Shown here: piece after piece, positions 8,247 to 17,406 of the stretch
How positions within the stretch are numbered: the first letter of the stretch is position 1
Layout of the letters: every line of letters begins with the position of its first letter
IMG/VR virus record: IMGVR_UViG_3300025018_000368
Coordinates: 1-33,205 of that record
DNA from: a virus
Taxonomy: Duplodnaviria > Caudoviricetes
DNA length: 33,205 nt
Strand: one strand, 5' to 3'
Made by a program: the position numbers and the translations under genes
The notes under the pieces: model-generated
Told to the model about the DNA's origin: nothing
The model's input: the letters and a program-made list of their open reading frames with translations, nothing else
Database searches by the model: none

Positions 8247-9514
8247 GCGACCACGCCCGCCTTTCCCCTAGCAGCGCGCACCGCTGGATGGCGTGCCCGG
8301 GCAGCGTGTTTCTTGAAAGCAGCATGCCCGACAGCTCCAGCAGCTTTGCCGACGAGGGCACCGCCGCCCACTTCCTGGCATCGACCTGCCTGGAACAAAA
8401 GGCAGACGCGTCGGCCTTCATCGGCCGCAAGATCACGGTGCACGAGACTGTGACGAATTGGGCCGAAAACTTATCCTATGGCTTGAATTCAACCGGCCGC
8501 GAGTTCGAGGTGGACACCGACATGGCCGGGTTCGTGCAGGTCTATGTCGACAACGTCCGCCAGCACGTGGGCCGTGGCGACATGATGGTCGAGCAACGCG
8601 TGGAGTTCTCGCGCTTTGTGGACGTGCCCGACCAGTTCGGCACGGCTGACGCCATCGTCTTGAGCGAAGACGGCGACTGCCTGCAAGTGCACGACCTGAA
8701 ATATGGCCGTGGTGTGCGCGTGGATGCCGAGAACAACCAACAGATGATGCTCTACGCCCTGGGCGCTTACGACCAGTTTGCGGCCCTGGGTGATATTGAA
8801 TGGGTCACGCTCTACATCCACCAGCCCCGCCTGGAGCACCTGTCCAAATGGGAGCTCAACATCGACGACCTGTTGGCCTTTGGCGAAAAAGCCAAAGCCG
8901 CCGCCGCCCTGGCCATGGACATTGTCGACACCACCATCATCAGCCTGAAAGACCTGCGTCCGGGCGAGGCGCAGTGCAAGTTCTGCAAGGCCAAAGCCAG
9001 CTGCCCCAGCCTGCAACAGCAAATCACCGAGGCCATCGGCGCTGATTTTGACGTGATCCAAACGCCCGCCGAAATTACCAAGGTGGTAAGTGCCGCGCCA
9101 GACCTGGCTTATTGCATGAGCAAAGTTGACCTGGTCGAACAGTGGTGCAAAGCGGTGCGCGCCGAGACCGAGCGCCGCCTGTTAGAGGGCACGCCCGTGC
9201 CTGGCTGGAAACTGGTGCAAGGCAAGCAAGGCAACCGCGCCTGGGCAGATGCCAAGGTGGCCGAGGAAACGCTGAAAACCATGCGCATCAAGCACGACCA
9301 GATGTATGACTACTCGGTCATCAGCCCCACCACGGCCGAGAAGTTGTTCAAGGCCAAAGAAATCGGCCCGCGCCAGTGGCCCGCCTTGCAGAACCTGATC
9401 ACCCGGGCAAGCGGTAAACCCAGCGTGGCCCCCGAGTCCGACAAACGCCCGGCCCTGATGCTGCGCAGTGAGTCTGATTTTGAACAGGTGGCTGAAGGGG
9501 CAGACCTTGTCTAG
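8243..9514 (+). CDS. DUF2800 PD-(D/E)XK (Cas4-like) exonuclease
   Basis: [53 protein letters not shown]. Confidence 0.9.
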   Translation: MSDHARLSPSSAHRWMACPGSVFLESSMPDSSSSFADEGTAAHFLASTCLEQKADASAFIGRKITVHETVTNWAENLSYGLNSTGREFEVDTDMAGFVQVYVDNVRQHVGRGDMMVEQRVEFSRFVDVPDQFGTADAIVLSEDGDCLQVHDLKYGRGVRVDAENNQQMMLYALGAYDQFAALGDIEWVTLYIHQPRLEHLSKWELNIDDLLAFGEKAKAAAALAMDIVDTTIISLKDLRPGEAQCKFCKAKASCPSLQQQITEAIGADFDVIQTPAEITKVVSAAPDLAYCMSKVDLVEQWCKAVRAETERRLLEGTPVPGWKLVQGKQGNRAWADAKVAEETLKTMRIKHDQMYDYSVISPTTAEKLFKAKEIGPRQWPALQNLITRASGKPSVAPESDKRPALMLRSESDFEQVAEGADLV

Positions 9515-9692
9515 CCCCCAAAGCCCCCAGGTGTCCGAGCACCTGCCGTTTGACGCGCGCGCCCTGCTGGTGCGTGCCGCCAAAACCCCCATCACGAACG
9601 GTGACCCGCTGGCCCGAGTTCGTGCAATCGAGCAGGCCAGCGACAGCGTCCGTCACCACTATCCCTACTTTTTTAAGAAAGACCCATCATGA
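9507..9692 (+). CDS. Small hypothetical protein (start uncertain, 9468 or 9507)
   Basis: Fills gap between DUF2800 and SSB; stop overlaps SSB ATG. Confidence 0.5.
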   Translation: MSSPQSPQVSEHLPFDARALLVRAAKTPITNGDPLARVRAIEQASDSVRHHYPYFFKKDPS

Positions 9693-10240
9693 AAGTCAAA
9701 CTCGCAAACGTCCGCCTGGCCTTCCCCGCCTTGTTCGAGGCCAAGACCGTCAACGGTGAAGGTGCCCCCGCCTATGGCGCCTCGTTCCTCATCGAGCTCA
9801 CCGACAAGCCCAACCTGGCCGCCATCAACAAAGCGATCGACGCCGTCGCCCTGGAAAAGTGGGGGCCCAAAGCCACCGCCCACCTGGCCCTGATGCGCAA
9901 GACCGACAAAGTGGCACTGCACGACGGCGACCTGAAATCCCAGTACGCGGGCTTTGCCGGGATGATGTTCGTGTCCTCACGCAGCGCGGCCCGCCCGCTG
10001 GTGCTGGACAAGGACAAAACCCCGCTCACCGCACAAGACGGCAGGCCCTACGGCGGCTGCTACGTTAACGCCACGGTCGAGCTCTGGGCGCAGGACAACA
10101 AGTACGGCAAGCGCGTGAATGCCCAGTTGCTGGGTGTGCAGTTCTTTGCGGATGGCGACAGCTTCGGAGGTGGTGCCGTGGGCAGCGCTGACGACTTCGA
10201 CGACCTGGCCGTGGGCGCCGAAGAAGACGCCCTGGTTTAA
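9689..10240 (+). CDS. DUF2815 single-stranded DNA-binding protein
   Basis: NVRLAFPALFEA, PYGGCYVNA, LLGVQFFADGDSFGGG, acidic C-terminal tail. Confidence 0.9.
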   Translation: MKVKLANVRLAFPALFEAKTVNGEGAPAYGASFLIELTDKPNLAAINKAIDAVALEKWGPKATAHLALMRKTDKVALHDGDLKSQYAGFAGMMFVSSRSAARPLVLDKDKTPLTAQDGRPYGGCYVNATVELWAQDNKYGKRVNAQLLGVQFFADGDSFGGGAVGSADDFDDLAVGAEEDALV

Positions 10241-10422
10241 CCCCAACACAGGGGCCGTGCAATTCGAACTGCGGCTGGCCCCGCGGTACTCAGGCCCTCG
10301 ATGCTAATCGCCACCCTCCCTACGAACGCGCAGGGGTGACGAGGTGCACAACCCCCCGCACGGCGGCAAGGAACCAGGGGGCATCGGGGGCAATCAGCCA
10401 CCTAATTTTTGAAAGAACAACT

Positions 10423-10701
10423 GTGGAAATCTGGAAAGACATCGAAGGGTTTGAAGGCCTCTACCAAGTAAGCAACTTGGGATCGGTGCGCTCACTCGCC
10501 CACCGCGTGCGCCTTATCGCCCACGGGGTAGAAACCACCAGCCTTGCAGGGCATGAGGTTTTGCACCTCAACCACACCCCGGCGGATAACCGACTCATAA
10601 ACCTTCGCTATGGCACACGCAGCGAGAACTTGCGCATGGATTACGCCGCCGGTAGCCGCAAGGTACACCCAAATTTCATTAGCGCGGGGTGGCGGCCGTG
10701 A
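10423..10701 (+). pseudogene. NUMOD4-HNH homing endonuclease with internal deletion
   Basis: EIWKDIEGFEGLYQVSNLGSVRS (NUMOD4 start) joined almost directly to EVLHLNHTPADNRLINLRYGTRSEN (HNH end); central part including the usual VHRLVA segment absent. Confidence 0.7.
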
Positions 10702-12941
10702 CAACCCTTTTTATTGACCTTGAGACTTTTTCAGAGGTGCCTATCGCCCACGGCACCCACGCCTACGCCGCGTCCGCTGAAATCATGCTCTGCGCCTGGG
10801 CGCTGGATGACGGCCCCATCGGGGTGCTGGACCTGACCGACCCGCACGCGGATCCGCTGGACTGGGCCGACATCACCGACGCCCTGGAGAACCCAGCCGT
10901 CACCTGCATAGCCCACAATTCTTCGTTTGACCGCACCGTGATCCGCCACGCCTGGGGCATTGACGCCCCGGTTACCCGCTGGCAAGACACCATGGTGCAA
11001 GCCATGGCCCACGGCCTGCCCGGTGGCCTGGGGGACTTGTGCGACATCCTGAAGGTTGACCAGGACAAAGCCAAGGACAAAGACGGCCGCGCCTTGATTT
11101 TGCTGTTCTGCAAGCCCCGCGCCAAAACCAGCAAGATCCGCCGCGCCACCCGCGAGACGCACCCGGCAGAATGGGCCAAGTTTGTCGCCTATGCCGGGCT
11201 GGACATTGCCGCCATGCGCGCCATCCACGCCAAACTGCCGACCTGGAATTTCAAGGGCACCGAGTTGGCGCTCTGGCACCTGGACCAGCAAATCAACGAC
11301 CGCGGTGTGGCCGTGGATCTGGACCTGGCCAACGCGGCGATCACCACCGTGGCCCTGGCGCAGGCCGAGCTGGGTGCGCGCACGTCCGAGTTGACGTTTG
11401 GCTATGTCGAGAGCACCACCCAGCGCGACGCCTTGCTCAAGCACATGCTGGCCGCTTACGGTGTGGAGCTGCCCGACCTGCAAATGGCAACCCTGGAGCG
11501 TCGGGCCAATGACCCCGACCTGCCGGCCGAACTGCGTGAGCTCATCGCCATCCGGCTACAGGCCAGCACCACCAGCACCAGCAAATACAAAACGCTGGTC
11601 AATGGCACCAGTGCCGACGGTCGTCTGCGTGGCTTGCTGCAGTTTTGTGGCGCCAGCCGCACCGGGCGCTGGGCCGGGCGCTTATGGCAACCCCAGAACC
11701 TGCCCCGTCCGACACTGAAACAGCCTCTTATTGATGAGGGCATCGAATCATTAAAAATTGGCTGCGCTGATCTGGTGACAGAAAACGTGATGGAGCTCAC
11801 CAGCTCGGCCATTCGTGGCTGCATCATTGCCCCCAATGGCAAAAAGCTGGTGGTGGCCGACCTGTCCAACATCGAGGGCCGTGACCAGGCCTGGCTGGCC
11901 GGTGAAGAATGGAAGCTGCAGGCCTTTCGCGCCTTTGACACCATCGTCGGCTTTGATGCCAAGGGCGAGCCCGTGCGCAAGGGCCACGACCTGTACAAGC
12001 TGGCCTACTCTGCCAGCTTTGGCATCAAGCCCGAGGCCGTGACCAAAGACCAGCGCCAGGTGGGCAAGGTCCAAGAGCTGGCGCTGGGCTACGAGGGCGG
12101 TGTCGGTGCCTTCGTGACTTTTGCCGACGCCTACAAGCTGGACCTGGAAGACATGGCCGACGAGGCTGTCGGCTCGATCCCGCCCGGGATATGGGGCCAG
12201 GCCAACATCATGTTGGAGTGGCACCGTTCGCGCAAGCGCAACCCCCCGGCCGACTTCGGCATGCTCGACAAGACCTGGCTGGTGTGCGAGTCGTTCAAGC
12301 TGTCATGGCGCTCAGCCCACCCCAACATCACCGCCATGTGGCGCGAGTTGCGCGACGCGGTCCGGCTGGCCATACGCGGCCCCGGCAACACCGTGCCCTG
12401 CCACAGCCTCAAGGTCAGGCGCGACGGTGCCTGGCTGCGCATCGTGTTGCCATCAGGGCGCGCACTGTGCTACCCCTCACCCGCCGTGAGCGAGGGCGGT
12501 GAGCCCTGCCCCCACTGCAACGGCACCGGCGCCGTGCTGGTGACCGAGGTGTCAAAAGGCGTGGTCACTGCGCTGGCGCTGGACTGCAAAGAATGCGAGG
12601 GGGGCGGCATCGTGGCGGGCAAGGGCGGCCAGATCAGCTACTTCGGTGTCAACCAGTACAGCCGCAAATGGGGAAAGCTCTACACCTATGGCGGCAAGCT
12701 GTTCGAGAACGTGTGCCAGGCCGTGGCCCGTGACGTCATGGCCCGCAACATGCCGGCCATCGAGGCACGCGGTTACCAGATCGTGTTGAGCGTGCACGAC
12801 GAGCTGATCTGTGAAACCCCCGACAGCGACGAATTCAGCAGCACCGAGCTCTCAAACCTGCTGGCCGCTAACCCACCCTGGGCCTTGGACATGCCGCTGG
12901 CGGCCGCTGGCTTTGAGGCTTATCGCTACAAAAAGGATTGA
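10698..12941 (+). CDS. Phage family A DNA polymerase (3'-5' exonuclease plus polymerase)
   Basis: FIDLET and AHNSSFD exo motifs, RTGRWAG, motif A ADLSNIEGR, motif B RQVGKVQELALGYEGG, motif C SVHDEL; GTGA overlap favours start 10698. Confidence 0.95.
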   Translation: MTTLFIDLETFSEVPIAHGTHAYAASAEIMLCAWALDDGPIGVLDLTDPHADPLDWADITDALENPAVTCIAHNSSFDRTVIRHAWGIDAPVTRWQDTMVQAMAHGLPGGLGDLCDILKVDQDKAKDKDGRALILLFCKPRAKTSKIRRATRETHPAEWAKFVAYAGLDIAAMRAIHAKLPTWNFKGTELALWHLDQQINDRGVAVDLDLANAAITTVALAQAELGARTSELTFGYVESTTQRDALLKHMLAAYGVELPDLQMATLERRANDPDLPAELRELIAIRLQASTTSTSKYKTLVNGTSADGRLRGLLQFCGASRTGRWAGRLWQPQNLPRPTLKQPLIDEGIESLKIGCADLVTENVMELTSSAIRGCIIAPNGKKLVVADLSNIEGRDQAWLAGEEWKLQAFRAFDTIVGFDAKGEPVRKGHDLYKLAYSASFGIKPEAVTKDQRQVGKVQELALGYEGGVGAFVTFADAYKLDLEDMADEAVGSIPPGIWGQANIMLEWHRSRKRNPPADFGMLDKTWLVCESFKLSWRSAHPNITAMWRELRDAVRLAIRGPGNTVPCHSLKVRRDGAWLRIVLPSGRALCYPSPAVSEGGEPCPHCNGTGAVLVTEVSKGVVTALALDCKECEGGGIVAGKGGQISYFGVNQYSRKWGKLYTYGGKLFENVCQAVARDVMARNMPAIEARGYQIVLSVHDELICETPDSDEFSSTELSNLLAANPPWALDMPLAAAGFEAYRYKKD

Positions 12942-12942
12942 T

Positions 12943-13167
12943 ATGACGAACAAAGAATTAACACCCCCGGCCGCGTTTCCCTGGACCTGGCGCTCGTTGC
13001 TGACCGCCGCCGCGCTGGGCATCCTTGCCGCCGCTATCGCGTCTTTGGTAACCGCCGCCAACTGGGTCCCCTGTATCTTTTTGGCACTGGGCTGGGTGGT
13101 GTTTTCCTTTGGGGCCGGGCTTTTTGTGGCGCGCTGCATAGGCTTTGGCATGGGGGCAGACGAATGA
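12943..13167 (+). CDS. Small two-TM membrane protein
   Basis: AAGGA SD; two hydrophobic helices; ATGA overlap with next gene. Confidence 0.7.
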   Translation: MTNKELTPPAAFPWTWRSLLTAAALGILAAAIASLVTAANWVPCIFLALGWVVFSFGAGLFVARCIGFGMGADE

Positions 13168-13358
13168 ACCCTGTGATCACTTACGCCCACCAAAAGGTAA
13201 AGCCCTCGGTGACCGGAAACACCCAGTTTATCGGTAACGGCATCGTGAAGTGGTGCGCAATTTGTGGCACTCACAAACCCCAGCTTGGGGGCGCAACCCG
13301 CCCGGTTCTGGGCGGGCGCCACTGGGTTTGCAGCAAGCACCCCAAATTCGTTAAATGA
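13164..13358 (+). CDS. Small putative zinc-ribbon protein
   Basis: WCAICG...WVCSKH (CxxC...CxxH). Confidence 0.55.
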   Translation: MNPVITYAHQKVKPSVTGNTQFIGNGIVKWCAICGTHKPQLGGATRPVLGGRHWVCSKHPKFVK

Positions 13359-13381
13359 TTTTTACAAAAAGGACTGACACC

Positions 13382-14047
13382 ATGAAAATAACCATCCCCG
13401 CCCAAGCGCTGGCCGTCATCAGGCTGTTTGCGGCCGACGATAAGGACATCCGCGAATACCTGCACGGAGTGCACCTCGAAATAGGCGCCACCGAATCGCG
13501 CTTGGTCGCCACGAACGGACGCGTCATGGCTGCATGGCGCTTGCACACCGGGGTGCCCGATCTGGAAAAGCCGCTCGGAATCATCATCCCGCTGTCCTTG
13601 ATTGAAAAACTCAAGTTCAAAAAAGACAGCACGGTGGAGATTTGTCTCGGGGACATTCAAACGGATTCGCAAGGCAGCACCAGCCGCGCGGTCACGCTGA
13701 CCTATGACTACGACATCAGCGTGACCGGCAAAACCTGCGAAGGCATGTTTCCAGACTGGCGCCGGGTTATTCCGCCAGGCGTGACCGGCGAGGTGGCGTT
13801 CTTCGATTTGGCCTACATCACGCTACTGCACAAAGTGTGGGTGTTGCTGCACGGCAAACGTCCGGCCGCGGTAGGCCTGGGCTACAACGGCGACGGGAAG
13901 TCCCCCTGCCTGGTGCCTAACCTGGACTGCCCCGACCTGCTGGCGCTGGTCATGCCGATGCAAACCCACGCGTGCACCCCGGTCATGCCCGCGCCTGTTT
14001 GGGCCAAAGAGTCGCTGATGCGAAGCGAAGAAAACGATCTGGTGTAA
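13382..14047 (+). CDS. DNA polymerase III beta-clamp-like protein (partial clamp fold)
   Basis: DIREYLHGVHLE, LVATNGRVM, EGMFPDWRRVIP, LVMPM parallel DnaN motifs; AAGGA SD before ATG 13382. Confidence 0.8.
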   Translation: MKITIPAQALAVIRLFAADDKDIREYLHGVHLEIGATESRLVATNGRVMAAWRLHTGVPDLEKPLGIIIPLSLIEKLKFKKDSTVEICLGDIQTDSQGSTSRAVTLTYDYDISVTGKTCEGMFPDWRRVIPPGVTGEVAFFDLAYITLLHKVWVLLHGKRPAAVGLGYNGDGKSPCLVPNLDCPDLLALVMPMQTHACTPVMPAPVWAKESLMRSEENDLV

Positions 14048-14053
14048 CCCGCC

Positions 14054-14218
14054 ATGAACTGCTGCGACCACCAATGCAACCAAGGGTGCGCTTGCCCCAA
14101 CCGAAACCTGGAGTCTCGAACCATGGCCTTTATCCGACTGCTGCGCATGTATTTGCGCCACAACTTCACTGTGCGCGCTGCCGTGCGCGAAGCCTGGAGG
14201 GTGTCGCGCCATGCGTGA
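14054..14218 (+). CDS. 54-aa Cys-rich peptide (not in ORF track)
   Basis: MNCCDHQCNQGCACPNR...; fills gap and overlaps VRR-NUC start. Confidence 0.6.
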   Translation: MNCCDHQCNQGCACPNRNLESRTMAFIRLLRMYLRHNFTVRAAVREAWRVSRHA

Positions 14219-14498
14219 ATCCGACATCGAATCGCACCTGGTCAAGCGGGTGAAAGAACTGGGCGGTGAATGCCGCAAGGTGCAATGGATTGGCCGCCAC
14301 GGCGCGCCCGACCGGCTGGTGATGCTGCCCGCCGATCAGTGCTGGCACGGCGCCACCAATGCGGTCTGGGTCGAGCTCAAGGCCCCTGGCCAAAAAGCCA
14401 AACCGCACCAGTTGCGTGAGCACGACCGCATGCGCGCCCTGGGCCAGCATGTGGTGGTGATCGACAGCATCGAAGGTGTTGAGGAGCTGCTGGCGTGA
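14211..14498 (+). CDS. VRR-NUC domain nuclease
   Basis: MRESDIE, GAPDRLV, VELKAPG, QLREH. Confidence 0.9.
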   Translation: MRESDIESHLVKRVKELGGECRKVQWIGRHGAPDRLVMLPADQCWHGATNAVWVELKAPGQKAKPHQLREHDRMRALGQHVVVIDSIEGVEELLA

Positions 14499-15883
14499 GA
14501 CAAGTCTGGACCCCGCGCGCCTACCAGCGCCCCACCATCGGCCACCAGACTGACCTCAAACGTCAGGCGGTGTTTGCTGGCATGGGCATGGGCAAGACGG
14601 TGGCCACGTTGACCACCATGGACCACCTGTTCTTGTCCGGCGAAGCCACCCGGCCCGCGCTGGTGCTGGCCCCGGTACGGGTGGCACGCAGCACCTGGCC
14701 GGACGAGGCTGCGAAGTGGCAACACCTGAGCGCCATTGAAGTGCAGCCCGTGGTGGGTGACCTGGCCGAGCGCACCCGCGCACTGCGCAACACCAACGCC
14801 AACATTTTCACGACCAATTACGAGCAATTGCCCTGGCTGGTCAAGCATTTCAAGGGCAAGCCCTGGCCGTTTGGCACCGTCATCGCGGACGAGTCCACCC
14901 GGCTTAAGGGCTTCAGGCTGCGCCAAGGCGGCGCCCGTGCGCAAGCCCTGGCCCAAATCGCCCACACCAAGGTGGACCGCTTCATGGAGCTCACCGGCAC
15001 GCCCAGCCCCAACGGGCTGAAAGACTTGTGGGGCCAAATGTGGTTTCTGGATGCTGGCCAACGGCTGGGGCGCACCTGGACGGGCTTTGCTGAGCGCTGG
15101 TTTCGCCCGGCCCACGACGGCTACGGACTGGAGCCCCTGCCCTTTGCGCAAGAGCAGATCCAGGACAAGTTGCGCGATCTGTGCCTGAGCCTGGAAGCCA
15201 AAGATTATTTCAACCTGGCCGAGCCCGTGGTCAACATCATTCGCGTGGCCCTACCCAAAAAGGCCCGGGCGCTCTATGACGACATGGAAAAGAAAATGTT
15301 CATGCAGCTAGGAAGCCACGAGGTCGAAGCCTTTGGCGCGGCCGCCAGAACCATCAAGTGCCTGCAGCTGGCCAACGGCGCGGCCTATGTGGGCGACAGC
15401 AATACCGAGTTTGTTGAGGTGCACGACGCCAAGCTGCAGGCCCTGGAATCCATTGTCGAAGAAGCGGCCGGCGCGCCCATCCTGGTGGCCTACCACTTCA
15501 AGAGCGATTTGGCCAGGCTACAGCGCACGTTCCCAAAAGGGCGGCAACTCGATGCCGACCCAAAAACCATCACGGAATGGAACGCCGGGCACATACCGGT
15601 GTTATTCGCCCACCCGGCCAGCGCCGGCCACGGCCTCAATCTGCAAGACGGCGGCAACATCATCGCCTTCTTTGGCCACTGGTGGAACCTGGAGGAATAC
15701 CAGCAAATCATTGAGCGCATTGGCCCCACCCGGCAAGCCCAGGCCGGGCATGACCGACCTGTGTTTATCCATCACATTGTGGCTGCGGACACGGTGGACG
15801 AGATGGTGATGGAACGGCGCGACGGCAAAGCCGAAGTGCAAGAGATTTTGATGCAAGCAATGAAACGAAAGGGACTCAAGTGA
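14495..15883 (+). CDS. SNF2-like SF2 helicase
   Basis: GMGMGKT, IADES, LTGTP, HPASAGHGLNLQ, RIGPTRQ. Confidence 0.92.
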   Translation: MRQVWTPRAYQRPTIGHQTDLKRQAVFAGMGMGKTVATLTTMDHLFLSGEATRPALVLAPVRVARSTWPDEAAKWQHLSAIEVQPVVGDLAERTRALRNTNANIFTTNYEQLPWLVKHFKGKPWPFGTVIADESTRLKGFRLRQGGARAQALAQIAHTKVDRFMELTGTPSPNGLKDLWGQMWFLDAGQRLGRTWTGFAERWFRPAHDGYGLEPLPFAQEQIQDKLRDLCLSLEAKDYFNLAEPVVNIIRVALPKKARALYDDMEKKMFMQLGSHEVEAFGAAARTIKCLQLANGAAYVGDSNTEFVEVHDAKLQALESIVEEAAGAPILVAYHFKSDLARLQRTFPKGRQLDADPKTITEWNAGHIPVLFAHPASAGHGLNLQDGGNIIAFFGHWWNLEEYQQIIERIGPTRQAQAGHDRPVFIHHIVAADTVDEMVMERRDGKAEVQEILMQAMKRKGLK

Positions 15884-16221
15884 AAGAGACAGATCCAAAT
15901 GGAAAAAACGCCAATGATCCCGGGTCCAAACTGGACGCAGGTAAAAATCGTCTCGGGCTCGTGCTTGGTGGTTTCGCATTGGCGCTGGAAGAAGTCGGAC
16001 GAGTCGGCACCTTTGGCGCAGCCAAGTACGCCCCCAACGGCTGGATGTCAGTGCCCGGTGGTGTCGAGCGCTACACCGACGCCATGTACCGCCACCTGAT
16101 GAAAGAAGCGCAGGGCGAATTGATCGACCCCGATTCCGGGACGTTTCACGCCGCACAAGCGGCCTGGAATGCCCTGGCCCGCCTCGACATGATGCTCAGA
16201 AAGTGGGGCCAGGCATCATGA
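15880..16221 (+). CDS. dATP/dGTP diphosphohydrolase-domain protein (DUF5664-like)
   Basis: GSKLDAGKNRLGLV, VGTFGAAKYAPNGW, RYTDAMYRHL, DPDSGTFHAAQAAWNAL. Confidence 0.8.
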   Translation: MKETDPNGKNANDPGSKLDAGKNRLGLVLGGFALALEEVGRVGTFGAAKYAPNGWMSVPGGVERYTDAMYRHLMKEAQGELIDPDSGTFHAAQAAWNALARLDMMLRKWGQAS

Positions 16222-16907
16222 AGCCCTGGACCCCCGCCGACATCGCGCTCATGCGCGAGCACTACCCCGACAAAACCGCCGCCGAGGTGGCCGCCATGCT
16301 CGGGCGCAAGGTAAGCACCCTGTACCAGGCGGCCGCGCGCCACGGCATCCAGAAAAGCGCGGCCTTTTATGCTAGCGACAGATCCGGCCGCAGCAAACGC
16401 GGCCGCGAAGACGAGCGCATGAAGGTCGGGCAGTTTACGCCCGGCTTCGTGCCCTGGAATGCGGGCATGAAAGGCTGGTGCCCGCCGGGGAGCGAGCGCA
16501 CCCAGTTCAAGAAAGGGCAAATGCAAGGGGCCGCTCAAAAGAATTGGGCGCCAATTGGCAGCTACCGCATCACCACGGGCGACCAGATACTGCAGCAAAA
16601 GACGTCTGACCAGCCCGGCCCAGGCTGCTACCGCTGGACCCCAGTGGCTCGGCTGGTGTGGGAAGCCGAACAAGGCCCCATTCCAGCAGGCGCAATGGTC
16701 GTATTCAAGCGCGGCATGAAAACCAGCGTGCTGGAAGAAATTACCCTGGACAAACTGGACTGCATCAGCCGCGCTGAAAACGCCAGGCGCAACCACCCGC
16801 GCAACCGGGACCCCGAGCTGGGCCGACTGATACAGCTCAAGGGCGCCATTACCCGACAAGTCAACCGCATCAACCGTGAACACCAACAAACAGGAGTAAC
16901 CCCATGA
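16218..16907 (+). CDS. HNH-family protein with N-terminal DNA-binding region, active site apparently degenerate
   Basis: WTPADIALMREHYP, QFTPG/QFKKG repeats, ARLVWEAEQGPIPAG...LDCISRAENARRN. Confidence 0.75.
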   Translation: MKPWTPADIALMREHYPDKTAAEVAAMLGRKVSTLYQAAARHGIQKSAAFYASDRSGRSKRGREDERMKVGQFTPGFVPWNAGMKGWCPPGSERTQFKKGQMQGAAQKNWAPIGSYRITTGDQILQQKTSDQPGPGCYRWTPVARLVWEAEQGPIPAGAMVVFKRGMKTSVLEEITLDKLDCISRAENARRNHPRNRDPELGRLIQLKGAITRQVNRINREHQQTGVTP

Positions 16908-17191
16908 CAAGCCAACCCCACATCACCGAACTGCGCCAGCACCTTATGGACACGCTGGCCGACTTGCGCGACCGCAAGAACCCCATGGAGCCCGACCGCG
17001 CCCGCGCTGTTGCCCAGGTGGCCAGCGTGTTGATCGACACCGCGAAGGTCGAGAACGATTACCTTCGCTTGTCCGGGCAAGACCGTTCAGTCTTTTTGGA
17101 ACAACAGGACGCCACCTTGCGTATTGTCAACACCAAGCCCACCGCAAACAACCCGTTTCCGGTCAGCGTGCGGCACCAACTTGAAGGGTAA
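16904..17191 (+). CDS. Phage hypothetical protein
   Basis: AGGAG SD; ITELRQHLMDTLADL...ARAVAQVASVLIDTAKVE; ATGA-coupled to the HNH-like gene. Confidence 0.75.
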   Translation: MTSQPHITELRQHLMDTLADLRDRKNPMEPDRARAVAQVASVLIDTAKVENDYLRLSGQDRSVFLEQQDATLRIVNTKPTANNPFPVSVRHQLEG

Positions 17192-17196
17192 ACACC

Positions 17197-17406
17197 ATGA
17201 GTGAAGCATCAATCCAGCTCACCCCGGCGCCATACATCACCATCCCCTTGGCGGCCGTGGTAACCGGCTTGTCTGAAAAGGCAATCCGGCGCAAGATAGA
17301 GGATGGCAAGTGGCTGGACGGTCGGGAATACCGCCGTTCGCCAGACGGCGGCATATTTATCTCAATCAAGGGGTACTCATCATGGGTAGAACAGGCGACT
17401 GGGTAG
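17197..17406 (+). CDS. xis: Excisionase
   Basis: TGLSEKAIRRKIEDGKWLDGREYRRSPDGGIFI winged-helix pattern; overlaps integrase start. Confidence 0.85.
   Translation: MSEASIQLTPAPYITIPLAAVVTGLSEKAIRRKIEDGKWLDGREYRRSPDGGIFISIKGYSSWVEQATG

Noticed and set aside
8243-9514. Cas4-like nuclease as part of a CRISPR system
   Set aside because: No array or other cas genes; standard DUF2800-SSB-PolA phage context
15880-16221. Z-base (2-aminoadenine) genome pathway
   Set aside because: No purZ or datZ-like gene recognised in the window
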